From positions 760 to 64,759 of the forward strand of contig CAYYSU010000007.1 in NCBI GenBank assembly GCA_964474455.1: a DNA stretch of 64,000 bases, in the 5' to 3' direction. The notes beneath the pieces are model-generated. The model was given only the letters and a program-made list of their open reading frames with translations. It did no database searches and was not told the DNA's origin. Origin of the DNA: an uncultured Bacteroidales bacterium. Its GTDB lineage: Bacteria; Bacteroidota; Bacteroidia; Bacteroidales; BM520. Shown here piece after piece: positions 20,886 through 30,778 of this stretch (positions are counted from its first letter, which is position 1; every line of letters starts with the position of its first letter). A program made the translations under genes and the position numbers.

Positions 20886-22853
20886 ATGAGATTAAAAAAA
20901 ACTATTTTTTATTTTTATATTATGATATTATCCGGTTCGGTATTCGCCGCACCGGATATCTTTATCATCCCTACCGACAGCGCTATTGAGGCTGCATATG
21001 TCTCAATAGAGATGCCTTACATTGCGGTTCATGGTGTAAGTGCAGAATTGGGAATAGAACTCAGCAGTGAGTTTAGCTCACCGACACTCTTCAAGGTTAT
21101 CTGCGGTGCAGAGACACAAATAATAGAGCTTACACCAGGAGAACAGTACAACATCCCTTTCATCCCCGAAAGGGAAAATAAAATATACTTTAAAGATGCC
21201 GGCAACGAGATTGCGGCGATAAAAGCTGTGCCGCAGTGGATGTCTATACTTCCACCTCTTATTGCCATTATGATGGCACTGATCTTCAAAGAAGTATTTA
21301 GCGCACTATTTCTGGGTATCTTCTCCGGGACATTTATCATCTGTATTCATGGTGGAGACAATCTCTTTATGGCCATTCTTCATGGCATACAACGCATTGT
21401 AGATACGTATATTCTTCAATCGCTCAATGATAGCAGTCATCTATCGATTATTATTTTTAGTATGCTCATAGGTGCGATGGTGAATCTCATCACCAGAAAC
21501 GGCGGGATGCAAGGTATTGTAAGATTCCTCTCAAAATTCGCCAACTCACCAAGGTCGGGACAGTTTATTACCTGGTTATTAGGGATATTAATTTTCTTTG
21601 ATGACTATGCCAACACACTTATTGTGGGTAATACCATGCGGCCTGTTGCTGACAGATTACATATCTCACGGGAGAAACTGGCCTATCTGGTAGACTCAAC
21701 CGCTGCACCTATTGCGTCGATAGCTTTTGTAACAACATGGATTGGTGCGGAGCTAAGCTACATACAGGATGGGATAACTACAATCGGACTCAATGAAACG
21801 CCCTACAACGTTTTTTTACACTCATTAAAATACTCCTTCTATCCTATCCTGGCTCTAATTTTCATTCTTCTGCTGATCTGGCGAAACAGGGATTTTGGCC
21901 CCATGTACAAAGCAGAGAAACGGGCACGTCTGGCAGGCAATGACACATCAAAAGATAATGAAGCCACATTCAGCAACAACCTCAACGACCTGGATCCAGA
22001 AAAGAACATCAGGATAAGGGCATATAATGCGGTGATACCTGTGCTGGTTGTTATTATAGGCACACTAACCGGGCTTATTGTCACCGGACTGGAGAGCCAT
22101 CCTTGGGACAGCAGCGCGGGTTTTGCCCTTAATCTGTCGGGAGTTATCGGTGCGAGTGATTCTTTTCGGGCACTGTTATGGTCTTCCATGGGAGGGGTTT
22201 TAACTGCAATAATTCTCACTGTGGTGGGCAGGATTCTCACCATGAAAAAAACCATTGACAGCCTTATCAATGGTTTCCGTACGATGCTAACAGCTATTCT
22301 GATACTGATATTGGCATGGTCTATTGCATTGATCACTAAACATATGCATACTGCCCACTTCATAAGTCGCATTATTGTTGAGGTAAATATTCCTCCGGAG
22401 TTTGTTCCGGCACTGACTTTTATACTTGCTGCGTTAGTTGCTTTCAGCACCGGAACATCCTGGGGAACAATGGCCATACTATATCCTCTGGTGCTTCCTG
22501 CCAGCTGGCTTATCACAAAAAATGCCGGCATGGAATACAACCTAGCAATTGAGATATTCTACAACGTGGTATCTACTGTTATCGCAGGTTCCGTGCTTGG
22601 CGATCATTGTTCGCCCATTAGCGATACTACGATCCTGAGCTCGCTGGCAAGTTCGTGTGACCATATTCAACACGTACGCACACAGCTACCCTATGCCCTG
22701 ACCATCGGAGCTGTTACTGTTTTTATAGGTATAATACCTGCGGCTTATGGCGTTCCCGTCTGGATACTTTTCTTACTTTCGCTGACGGTTCTGTTTCTTA
22801 TTATACAGACTTTTGGAAAGAAACATAATTACGATTTTAAGAGTAAACAATGA
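20886..22853 (+). CDS. Na+/H+ antiporter NhaC-family transporter with an N-terminal extension
   Basis: 655 aa, polytopic and hydrophobic throughout, with NhaC-type segments (FFDDYANTLIVGNTMRPV...LAYLVDSTAAPIAS...GDHCSPISDTTILSS). About 110 non-membrane residues follow a signal-like N-terminus. Confidence 0.8.
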   Translation: MRLKKTIFYFYIMILSGSVFAAPDIFIIPTDSAIEAAYVSIEMPYIAVHGVSAELGIELSSEFSSPTLFKVICGAETQIIELTPGEQYNIPFIPERENKIYFKDAGNEIAAIKAVPQWMSILPPLIAIMMALIFKEVFSALFLGIFSGTFIICIHGGDNLFMAILHGIQRIVDTYILQSLNDSSHLSIIIFSMLIGAMVNLITRNGGMQGIVRFLSKFANSPRSGQFITWLLGILIFFDDYANTLIVGNTMRPVADRLHISREKLAYLVDSTAAPIASIAFVTTWIGAELSYIQDGITTIGLNETPYNVFLHSLKYSFYPILALIFILLLIWRNRDFGPMYKAEKRARLAGNDTSKDNEATFSNNLNDLDPEKNIRIRAYNAVIPVLVVIIGTLTGLIVTGLESHPWDSSAGFALNLSGVIGASDSFRALLWSSMGGVLTAIILTVVGRILTMKKTIDSLINGFRTMLTAILILILAWSIALITKHMHTAHFISRIIVEVNIPPEFVPALTFILAALVAFSTGTSWGTMAILYPLVLPASWLITKNAGMEYNLAIEIFYNVVSTVIAGSVLGDHCSPISDTTILSSLASSCDHIQHVRTQLPYALTIGAVTVFIGIIPAAYGVPVWILFLLSLTVLFLIIQTFGKKHNYDFKSKQ

Positions 22854-23638
22854 GCATAATGGAAATAATAGTGTTGGTATCCGCCGGGGTCATGGTGGGA
22901 TTTATCAACACACTTGCGGGAGGAGGTAGTATTATCAGTCTCTCGCTGCTAATGTTTATGGGGCTTTCGCCCAATGTGGCCAACGCAACCAACCGGCTGG
23001 GAGTATTGATGCAAAACATTGTTGCAGTAGGAAGTTTCACACAAAAAAAGGTTGTTGACTATAGAAGAGGCATCTGGCTGGCACTCCCCGCAGCGGCGGG
23101 ATCCGTTATCGGAGCATTAGTGGCCGCGGATCTCAACAAAGATGTATTCAGAATAGCCATTGGCATTATTATGCTAATAATGGTAGGATTTATCCTGGTA
23201 AAACCAAATCGGTGGCTAAAAGAGAATACAACCCTAACATCGAAGAAGATAACGTTTACCCAGGTTATTATTTTCTTTTTTATCGGATTGTACGGTGGTT
23301 TTATTCACCTGGGCATAGGGTACTTTCTTCTTGCCGGATTGGTTTTGAATGCCGGATATGAGCTCGTAAAAGCCAATGCGCTGAAAGTTTTCATCATACT
23401 AATGTACACACCCGTGACCATAATAATCTTCCAGATCAACGGACAGATAAACTGGAAGTATGGCCTTACACTTGGCGCAGGCACAATGATAGGAGGTTTT
23501 ATTGCCTCACGTTTGGCGATAAAAAAGGGAGCTGGTTTTGTACGATGGGTATTAATAATTGTAATTCTGCTTACCGCAGCAAGTACATTTGGTCTGATAA
23601 ATATCGAAGCTCTTTTTGGGAATTTTTTCGGGAAATAG
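22850..23638 (+). CDS. Sulfite exporter TauE/SafE-family membrane protein
   Basis: 262 aa. Start GFINTLAGGGSIISL, with repeated 4-TM halves typical of TauE/SafE. Its ATG overlaps the upstream stop (ATGA). Confidence 0.8.
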   Translation: MSIMEIIVLVSAGVMVGFINTLAGGGSIISLSLLMFMGLSPNVANATNRLGVLMQNIVAVGSFTQKKVVDYRRGIWLALPAAAGSVIGALVAADLNKDVFRIAIGIIMLIMVGFILVKPNRWLKENTTLTSKKITFTQVIIFFFIGLYGGFIHLGIGYFLLAGLVLNAGYELVKANALKVFIILMYTPVTIIIFQINGQINWKYGLTLGAGTMIGGFIASRLAIKKGAGFVRWVLIIVILLTAASTFGLINIEALFGNFFGK

Positions 23639-23640
23639 AA

Positions 23641-24132
23641 CTACTGGTTTTCGTATTGAAGCACCTCATCCTCAAAATAATACAACTCTATACCTGCTTC
23701 TTCGAACATGGCCTCGCTCTCTGCTGCGGAGTGATATTTCTTCTCACACACCACTCTTTTAATACCACAATTAATTATAAGCATTGCACATGTACGGCAT
23801 GGTGTCATACGGCAATAGAGCGTTGACATGTCGAGAGCAATACCTCTTTTTGCTGCCTGACAAATGGCATTTTGTTCAGCATGTACAGTACGCATACAGT
23901 GATTGCTGGTGTGCCCGTCTTCATGGACAACCTTCTTCATCAGGTGACCTACATCATCGCAATGAGGAAGTCCTGTGGGAGACCCCACATACCCGGTCAC
24001 CAGGATCTGTCGATCACGGACGATAACACATCCCGATCGTCCACGGTCGCATGTAGCACGCGTCGCCACAGTATCTGCTATTTCCATAAAATAACGATCC
24101 CAGCTGGGACGGATATATCTCTCTTTTTTCAT
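23641..24132 (-). CDS. dCMP deaminase (ComEB-type)
   Basis: 163 aa. Zinc motifs HAEQNAI and PCRTCA in the standard cytidine/deoxycytidylate deaminase arrangement. Confidence 0.88.
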   Translation of the reverse strand: MKKERYIRPSWDRYFMEIADTVATRATCDRGRSGCVIVRDRQILVTGYVGSPTGLPHCDDVGHLMKKVVHEDGHTSNHCMRTVHAEQNAICQAAKRGIALDMSTLYCRMTPCRTCAMLIINCGIKRVVCEKKYHSAAESEAMFEEAGIELYYFEDEVLQYENQ

Positions 24133-24306
24133 TCATTTATATTTTATATTTAAAGATGTAAAGGTAATAATTGTTAATAATGGTTAATACCATATATCTC
24201 AAAAACATTATTTGCTATTGTATGTTAGGAATGAGAAGTATATTATTAACTTCGCATCGAATTGCAAAAACATGCAACTCGGTATTAACATCAAAACATC
24301 ATAAGT

Positions 24307-25935
24307 ATGAATAATGCTATTTACAACTTTCCGATGCCAGCCAATGAGCCGGTTTTGGATTATCTGAAGGGCTCAGCTGAGAGAACTGAGCTTGACAAAG
24401 AATTAAAGCGTCAGGCTGAAAACCCAATTGAGATTCCTCTTATTATTGGAGGAAAAGAGATAAAAACAGAGAATACGGGCAATGTAACCATGCCTCATAA
24501 CCACAAGCATGTTCTTGCCACATACCATAAAGCATCTGAAAAAGAGGTTCAGATGGCCATTAAGGCTGCCCAAGAGGCACATAAAGTATGGTCTGATATT
24601 CCCTGGACTACCCGTGCAGCCATTATGCTTAAAGTGGCAGAGCTTATCAGCACCAAATACCGACAGATTGTGAATGCTGCTACCATGCTTGGACAGAGTA
24701 AGAATATCTATCAGTCTGAAATTGATGCCGTTTGTGAAACCATCGACTTCCTTAAATATAATGTCTCCTTTGCAGGAAAAATCTATGAGTTGCAACCTAA
24801 ATCCACCAATAACCAACTTAACAGTATGGAGTACAGAGCACTGGAGGGAGTTGTTTTCGCTGTTAGTCCATTTAACTTCACATCCATTGCATCGAATCTA
24901 AATATGGCTCCAATAATGATGGGTAACACTACCGTTTGGAAGCCGGCTACCACGGCTATACTTTCAAACTATTATATGATGAAGATTTTCATGGAGGCGG
25001 GTGTTCCGGCAGGGGTTATAAACTTTGTTCCCGGCCAGGGCTCTGTTATTGGAGGCACAGTATTAAATTCGCCAAATCTTGCAGGAATCCATTTCACAGG
25101 ATCAAACAGCACATTTAACAGCCTTTGGAGCCAGGTGGCACAAAATCTTCCCAAGTATAAGGCATACCCCCGACTGGTAGGAGAAACCGGTGGCAAAGAT
25201 TTCATATTTGTCCACCCTTCTGCCGACGTAACAGAGGTCTCTGTGAATGCAATCCGTGGTGCTTTTGAGTTCCAGGGTCAGAAATGTTCTGCCGCATCAA
25301 GGATGTATGTTCCCAATTCACTATGGCCACAGATTCGTGAGCAGATGATCGATATCATCAACGATATTAAGATGGGAGATGTGATGGATCATAAGAATTT
25401 TATGAATGCTGTCATTGATGAAAAATCTTTTAATAAGATCTCCTCATATATTGATTATGCAAAAGAATCAAAAGATGCTACTATAATTGCAGGTGGAGAG
25501 TATGATAAGTCTGTAGGATATTTTGTCCGTCCCACCATCATACAAACGACGAACCCCCATTTCAAGACTATGGAAGAGGAGATTTTCGGTCCAGTACTAA
25601 CGGTTTATGTTTATGAGGATAAAGATCTTGATGCTACAGTTGAATTGTGTGATACCACGTCACCATATGCTCTTACGGGAGGCATTTTTGCCCGCGACCG
25701 TATCGCAGCTTCACAGCTCTGTGATAAGTTTCGCTATAGTGCCGGAAACTTCTACATCAACGATAAGCCAACGGGCGCTGTTGTAGGCATGCAGCCTTTC
25801 GGCGGTTCACGTGCGTCGGGAACTAACGACAAAGCCGGTGGAGAGTTTAACTTGGTTCGCTGGGTCAGTCCAAGAACAATAAAGGAGACATTTATACCTG
25901 CAACAGAGTATAAATATCCATACATGAATGAATAA
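24307..25935 (+). CDS. pruA: L-glutamate gamma-semialdehyde (1-pyrroline-5-carboxylate) dehydrogenase
   Basis: 542 aa. ALDH fold with ETGGKDF and FQGQKCSAASR catalytic motifs. The N-terminus (NEPVLDYLKGSAERTELDKELK) and the length are typical of the monofunctional P5CDH family. Confidence 0.85.
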   Translation: MNNAIYNFPMPANEPVLDYLKGSAERTELDKELKRQAENPIEIPLIIGGKEIKTENTGNVTMPHNHKHVLATYHKASEKEVQMAIKAAQEAHKVWSDIPWTTRAAIMLKVAELISTKYRQIVNAATMLGQSKNIYQSEIDAVCETIDFLKYNVSFAGKIYELQPKSTNNQLNSMEYRALEGVVFAVSPFNFTSIASNLNMAPIMMGNTTVWKPATTAILSNYYMMKIFMEAGVPAGVINFVPGQGSVIGGTVLNSPNLAGIHFTGSNSTFNSLWSQVAQNLPKYKAYPRLVGETGGKDFIFVHPSADVTEVSVNAIRGAFEFQGQKCSAASRMYVPNSLWPQIREQMIDIINDIKMGDVMDHKNFMNAVIDEKSFNKISSYIDYAKESKDATIIAGGEYDKSVGYFVRPTIIQTTNPHFKTMEEEIFGPVLTVYVYEDKDLDATVELCDTTSPYALTGGIFARDRIAASQLCDKFRYSAGNFYINDKPTGAVVGMQPFGGSRASGTNDKAGGEFNLVRWVSPRTIKETFIPATEYKYPYMNE

Positions 25936-25941
25936 AAAACA

Positions 25942-27480
25942 ATGAAAGAAACACTTAAAATATTAGGAATACATCCTATCAACAAAGGTGCCTGCACCGG
26001 AACTAAATGGCTCGATACAAAAGGTGAAATATTAGTATCAAAATCTCCGGTTACAGGGGAAACAATTGCATCTGTTCAGCAAGCCACGAAGGATGATTAC
26101 GAAATAGTAATACAAACAGCTCAGGAGGCATTTAAAACCTGGCGTCAAGTTCCGGCTCCAAAGCGCGGTGATATTGTTCGACAGATGGGAGATGCTCTAA
26201 GAGAGAACAAACCACAACTGGGAAAACTCGTTTCATGGGAGATGGGAAAAATATATCAAGAAGGTCTTGGCGAGGTTCAGGAGATGATCGACATCTGCGA
26301 TTTCGCCGTAGGACAATCCAGAATGTTATATGGTATGACCACCCATTCAGAGCGTGAGAACCACCGCATGTTTGACCAGTACCATCCATTGGGAATCGTT
26401 GGAGTAATATCAGCATACAATTTCCCAGTGGCTGTTTGGGCCTGGAATACCATGCTTGCACTTATAGCAGGTGATGTTGTAGTCTGGAAGCCATCTTCCA
26501 AGGTGCCTGTATCTGCTATCGCAGTTCACAATATTATGTCTAAAGTACTTGCCGACAACGATATTCAGGAAGGTGTTATAAACCTTGTTGCAGGAAGTTC
26601 CAAGCACATCGGAGACAACTTTCTGGAAGATCGTCGCGTACCATTAATATCAGCAACAGGTTCTACGTCTATGGGGCTCCGTGTGGGTCGTAAAGTAGCT
26701 GAACGCCTGGGTAAGTCCATTCTTGAACTAGGTGGCAACAATGCTGTTATCGTTACAAAGCATTCTGATCTCAACATGGCGATTCCTTCTATTGTATTTG
26801 GAGCAGTGGGAACAACAGGTCAACGCTGTACTTCAACACGCCGGGTGATTATCACTGAAGATGTTTATGATAACGTTAAAGAGATAATCCTAAAAGCCTA
26901 TAAACAGGTAACAAATCATATAGGTAATGTCATTTATGAGGATACTCTTATCGGTCCAATGATAGATGAAAGGGCTGTGGAAGCTGTTATGGAATCTATT
27001 AAAAAGGTGAAAGAACAGGGTGGTAAGATTATTTTTGGAGGCCAAAAGCTGGAAGGCAAAGGTTATGAATCCGGGTGCTTTATGATTCCGGCACTGGCGG
27101 AAGTAGAAAACCGCTATCCCATAGTTCAGGAAGAGACATTTGGCCCACTTCTTTACCTAATAAAAGCCCGAGACTTTGAACATGCTCTGGAACTGCATAA
27201 TGATGTACCTCAAGGCTTATCATCATCAATTTTCTCCAATAATATCCGCGAAACAGAGAAGTTTATTTCAGCATTAGGCTCTGATTGTGGTATTGCAAAT
27301 ATAAACCTGGGCACTTCAGGTGCCGAAATAGGCGGTGCTTTCGGTGGAGAGAAAGAGACCGGTGGCGGAAGAGAGTCAGGTTCTGATGCCTGGAAAGCTT
27401 ATATGCGCAGACAAACAAATACGATTAATTATGGTGATACTATGCCACTAGCACAAGGTATAAAATTTGATTGCTGCTAA
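25942..27480 (+). CDS. Aldehyde dehydrogenase, ALDH7 (alpha-aminoadipic semialdehyde / piperideine-6-carboxylate dehydrogenase)-like
   Basis: 512 aa. ELGGNNAVIV and GTTGQRCTSTRR catalytic motifs, with the C-terminal RESGSDAWKAYMRRQT typical of the ALDH7/antiquitin clade. Confidence 0.72.
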   Translation: MKETLKILGIHPINKGACTGTKWLDTKGEILVSKSPVTGETIASVQQATKDDYEIVIQTAQEAFKTWRQVPAPKRGDIVRQMGDALRENKPQLGKLVSWEMGKIYQEGLGEVQEMIDICDFAVGQSRMLYGMTTHSERENHRMFDQYHPLGIVGVISAYNFPVAVWAWNTMLALIAGDVVVWKPSSKVPVSAIAVHNIMSKVLADNDIQEGVINLVAGSSKHIGDNFLEDRRVPLISATGSTSMGLRVGRKVAERLGKSILELGGNNAVIVTKHSDLNMAIPSIVFGAVGTTGQRCTSTRRVIITEDVYDNVKEIILKAYKQVTNHIGNVIYEDTLIGPMIDERAVEAVMESIKKVKEQGGKIIFGGQKLEGKGYESGCFMIPALAEVENRYPIVQEETFGPLLYLIKARDFEHALELHNDVPQGLSSSIFSNNIRETEKFISALGSDCGIANINLGTSGAEIGGAFGGEKETGGGRESGSDAWKAYMRRQTNTINYGDTMPLAQGIKFDCC

Positions 27481-27509
27481 CGATTACTAAATTTTGGATA
27501 AGATCCTTT

Positions 27510-27547
27510 GAGACTGCTTCTTTTACCAGAGGTAGTCTCTTTTTTTG
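27510..27547 (+). terminator. Rho-independent terminator after the ALDH7-like gene
   Basis: GAGACTGCTTCT (27510-27521) pairs with AGAGGTAGTCTC (27528-27539, two G-U pairs), followed by T8. Confidence 0.7.
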
Positions 27548-27715
27548 ATTTCAATGGGTAACAAAAAAGCTTTTTCTGCATAAAGCAGTAGGTACCTGTA
27601 ATAATTGGCTTTTGATTGCTCTGAATATCAGGGTGACCCTGGAGAGGTGTATCGTGTTGGGAGATGGATTTATTTGGAGCGTGTGAAAATTATGAGCAGT
27701 AGGTGCATAACTGAC

Positions 27716-27756
27716 CCCTTCAAACGGCTTCAAAGGGCTTCAAAGGGTTTCAAAAG
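27716..27756. repeat. Tandem ~10-bp repeat (GGCTTCAAAG x2, plus flanking degenerate copies)
   Basis: ccttcaaac-GGCTTCAAAG-GGCTTCAAAG-GGTTTCAAAAG, read directly inside the 406-bp non-coding gap 27549-27954. Confidence 0.8.
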
Positions 27757-27954
27757 ATTGCTATGCACAAAAGACATCGACAGTTCACACCCCCCCACCT
27801 TCAACAGTATATCTTATAACAATTAACTCTAAAAGCGCATATCACAATGGAGCACATTTTATTTGGTATTCAACAGATATTAAAACACAAAATATTCTGA
27901 CTACCATAACATCATTTACTAAAATGCTACACGTGGATTGACACGGAAGGATAC

Positions 27955-28533
27955 TTACGAGTTCTTATAATTTATTATCCGGAGTGTTAGGAAAGAAATA
28001 AAAATACCGATTATCACACCTAGAAAGGCTCCACATATAATATCAAGAGGATAGTGAACACCTAGGTATATCCTGCTGTACCCTACCAGTGCTGCCCAAA
28101 GAAAAATAAAAATTGCAGGGCTAAAACTCCAGCGCAAAGTACCTGCAACAAAAGTTGCAAGGGCAAAGACATTGGCAGCATGTGAAGAGACAAAGCCATA
28201 ACGACCACCACACTTATCATGGACACGGTGAACCAGATCAAAAAGTGCAGGCTCATGACAAGGCCTTAATCGCATTACAGTATCTTTTATATAAACACTC
28301 CCCTGATCACTCATGGTTATAAGCAAAGTCACGGAAATTAGAATTATCCAGGTGCGGCTCTTATATTTTTTGTAAAAAAGAAAAAGAAGAAAGGCATATA
28401 GAGGAATCCATATTAGTTTATCGGAAACCCACCACATCACAAAGTCAAAAAAGTCATTGTGTGAACCATTGATAGCAAGTAGCCATTTTGTGTCCAACTC
28501 CAAAAGTTCGGGAAATTCTGATAGGAAAGCCAT
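27955..28533 (-). CDS. PAP2-family phosphatase (undecaprenyl-diphosphatase/lipid phosphatase-like)
   Basis: 192 aa, membrane protein. PAP2 motifs KDTVMRLRP, SSH (FVSSHAAN) and SRIYLGVHYPLD. Confidence 0.8.
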   Translation of the reverse strand: MAFLSEFPELLELDTKWLLAINGSHNDFFDFVMWWVSDKLIWIPLYAFLLFLFYKKYKSRTWIILISVTLLITMSDQGSVYIKDTVMRLRPCHEPALFDLVHRVHDKCGGRYGFVSSHAANVFALATFVAGTLRWSFSPAIFIFLWAALVGYSRIYLGVHYPLDIICGAFLGVIIGIFISFLTLRIINYKNS

Positions 28534-28535
28534 GG

Positions 28536-29534
28536 TTAAATCTCCTTATTAAGGGCTTCCCACAGTTTATCTTTTAATTCAGTAACACCTGTACCTGCAA
28601 CAGAGGACAGAAATACCCATGGGATATTAGACGGAATATCAGGTTTTACATCCTCCAGCATCTCTTCATCGAGGATATCGCATTTGGTAATTGCTAGGAC
28701 GCACTCTTTGTCGAGCAGTTCCGGGTTATACTGTCGCAGTTCATTTCTAAGAATTTGATACTCTTTGACAATATCATCGGTATCAACAGGAATCATAAAC
28801 AGTAATACCGAATTTCTTTCAATATGCCTCAGAAATCGCAGTCCCAAGCCTTTGCCTTCGTGTGCACCTTCTATAATACCGGGGATATCCGCCATTACAA
28901 ACGAACGGTCGTTGCGGTATGCCACCATACCCAGGTTAGGTCGCAGAGTGGTAAACGGATAATCTGCTATAGCGGGCTTTGCTGCAGAAATGACGGATAG
29001 CAGTGTTGATTTCCCCGCATTGGGGAATCCCACAAGACCCACATCGGCAAGTATTTTTAGCTCCAGAACCTTCCATAGCTCCACTCCAGGTTCCCCGGGT
29101 TGAGAAAATCGCGGGGTACGCATGGTTGACGATTTGAAATGGTCATTACCTTTTCCGCCTCTTCCTCCATATACGAGGACATGCTCTTCACCGTCGTTAA
29201 CGATTTCAAACTCTATATCACCTGTCTCAGCATCACGTGCCACAGTACCCAGCGGCACATCCAGAATTACATCAGCACCCTCTTTCCCTGTTTTCAGCTG
29301 CCCGCTGCCATCGCCGCCATGTTCAGCTTTTATATGCTTTGTGTATTTGAGGTGCAGAAGTGTCCACATCTGTTTGTTTCCACGAAGAATAATATGACCA
29401 CCACGACCTCCATCGCCACCGTCGGGACCACCAAAAGCAGTCATGCGGTTACGAATAAAATGCGAAGAACCAGACCCCCCATTACCGGAGCGACAATTTA
29501 TCTTAACATAATCAACAAAATTTGAATTTGACAT
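28536..29534 (-). CDS. obg: GTPase Obg/CgtA
   Basis: 332 aa. Gly-rich Obg fold ([10 protein letters not shown]...[12 protein letters not shown]) and G domain [10 protein letters not shown]...DIPGIIEGA...TKCD. Confidence 0.93.
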   Translation of the reverse strand: MSNSNFVDYVKINCRSGNGGSGSSHFIRNRMTAFGGPDGGDGGRGGHIILRGNKQMWTLLHLKYTKHIKAEHGGDGSGQLKTGKEGADVILDVPLGTVARDAETGDIEFEIVNDGEEHVLVYGGRGGKGNDHFKSSTMRTPRFSQPGEPGVELWKVLELKILADVGLVGFPNAGKSTLLSVISAAKPAIADYPFTTLRPNLGMVAYRNDRSFVMADIPGIIEGAHEGKGLGLRFLRHIERNSVLLFMIPVDTDDIVKEYQILRNELRQYNPELLDKECVLAITKCDILDEEMLEDVKPDIPSNIPWVFLSSVAGTGVTELKDKLWEALNKEI

Positions 29535-29545
29535 ACGGAGAAAAA

Positions 29546-30127
29546 TTATTTATACTCTTCAATAACAGATATTAAACGATTGGTGACTTCATCTACCGTT
29601 CCTGTTCCGTCCACTTTCCGAAACTTACCCTGTTGCATATAGTACTCGGCTACAACGCGTGTTTTTGCCTTATACTCATTAAGTCGTTTTGCAATAGTCT
29701 CTTCATTATCATCGCTTCGTTCGGAGGTTTGTGCTCTGATAAGGATTCTCTCTATAAGATCTTTCTCTGGCACATCGAGGCTCACCATACATGACACTTC
29801 TGCTCCTTGCGCTTCCAGCATCTCATCCAAAGCTTCAGCCTGGAGCGTGGTCCTGGGAAAGCCATCAAAGAGGATGCCGGTAGCATCAGGCATATCCTGA
29901 CGAGTATGAATAACATGCTGAACTATGTCTATAACCATCTTGTCCGGCACCAGCTGACCCTTATCAATAAGTGTTTTTGCTTCCTGTCCCAGAGAAGAAC
30001 CTGAGGCGATCTCGAGCCTTAAGGCATCACCGGTAGAGATATATACAAGGTTATATTTTTCAACCAACCTTTTCGATTGAGTCCCTTTCCCTGCTCCGGG
30101 AGGGCCAAAAATAACGATATTCCGCAT
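29546..30127 (-). CDS. adk: Adenylate kinase
   Basis: 193 aa. P-loop [10 protein letters not shown], followed by ISTGDALR...GFPRT. Short form without a zinc lid. Confidence 0.95.
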   Translation of the reverse strand: MRNIVIFGPPGAGKGTQSKRLVEKYNLVYISTGDALRLEIASGSSLGQEAKTLIDKGQLVPDKMVIDIVQHVIHTRQDMPDATGILFDGFPRTTLQAEALDEMLEAQGAEVSCMVSLDVPEKDLIERILIRAQTSERSDDNEETIAKRLNEYKAKTRVVAEYYMQQGKFRKVDGTGTVDEVTNRLISVIEEYK

Positions 30128-30142
30128 ACTGACTTATTTATA

Positions 30143-30691
30143 TTATTCAGTTACAAGGCTATAGATATGTGGCAGATTACGTCCATAACCATCATAATCC
30201 AGTCCGTAGCCAACAATAAAATCGTTAGGAATGGACATCCCAATATAGTCAACCTTATAGTCACGATGAAAAGAGTCAGGTTTGAAAAACAGGGTTGCAA
30301 TTTTTATTTCAGCAACACCGGCCTCTTGAAGCACTGCTATAATATGCTCCATGGTAATACCTGTGTCCACAATGTCTTCCACCACAATAACAGTTCGTCC
30401 TTGCAGTTCATCATTCAAACCAATAAGAGTTTTCACATTCTCTGTTGTCTTGGTTCCCTCATAAGAAGCCATTTTAACAAACGATATTTGGCAAGGAGTC
30501 TTGATCTTTTTTAACAGATCTGAGGCAAATACAAAGGCTCCGTTTAGAATACAAAGAAACAGAGGATCTTTACCTTTTATATCTTCATTTATCTTTTCTG
30601 CAACATTCTGAACCTTCTTATTCAGCTCCTCAGCAGGAATTGATATTGCAAAAGTTTTATCTTTGATGGTGATTTTATCCATAGCCGGCAT
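30143..30691 (-). CDS. hpt: Hypoxanthine phosphoribosyltransferase
   Basis: PRPP-binding motif VIVVEDIVDTGITM and YGLDYDGYGRNLPHIY. The ORF is open to 30751, but -7 boxes for hpt and purE lie inside that extension, so the start is taken as ATG 30691 (or 30682). Confidence 0.9.
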   Translation of the reverse strand: MPAMDKITIKDKTFAISIPAEELNKKVQNVAEKINEDIKGKDPLFLCILNGAFVFASDLLKKIKTPCQISFVKMASYEGTKTTENVKTLIGLNDELQGRTVIVVEDIVDTGITMEHIIAVLQEAGVAEIKIATLFFKPDSFHRDYKVDYIGMSIPNDFIVGYGLDYDGYGRNLPHIYSLVTE

Positions 30692-30706
30692 TATTATGCT
30701 TTTGTG

Positions 30707-30714
30707 CAAAGATA
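30707..30714 (-). promoter_or_regulatory. -7 box TATCTTTG (minus strand) for hpt-adk-obg-PAP2
   Basis: Plus-strand CAAAGATA at 30707-30714, 15 nt upstream of the ATG at 30691. Confidence 0.4.
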
Positions 30715-30746
30715 TAAAATGAAACATCTTATCCTTTGATTTATTG

Positions 30747-30754
30747 TACATTTG
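30747..30754 (+). promoter_or_regulatory. -7 box TACATTTG upstream of purE
   Basis: Exact TAnnTTTG match 24 nt upstream of the ATG at 30779. Confidence 0.4.
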
Positions 30755-30778
30755 TCTTCTTAAACAACATTTAGCATT

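Noticed and set aside
27605-27826. 73-aa TTG-initiated ORF and an overlapping 60-aa minus-strand ORF in the 27.5-27.9 kb gap.
   Set aside because: There is no promoter box, no family resemblance, and the ORF spans the tandem decamer repeat. Probably non-coding.
30692-30751. 20-codon upstream extension of hpt (MYNKSKDKMFHFISLHKSII).
   Set aside because: It contains the -7 boxes of both hpt (minus strand) and purE (plus strand). Hpt homologues begin near MDKI...
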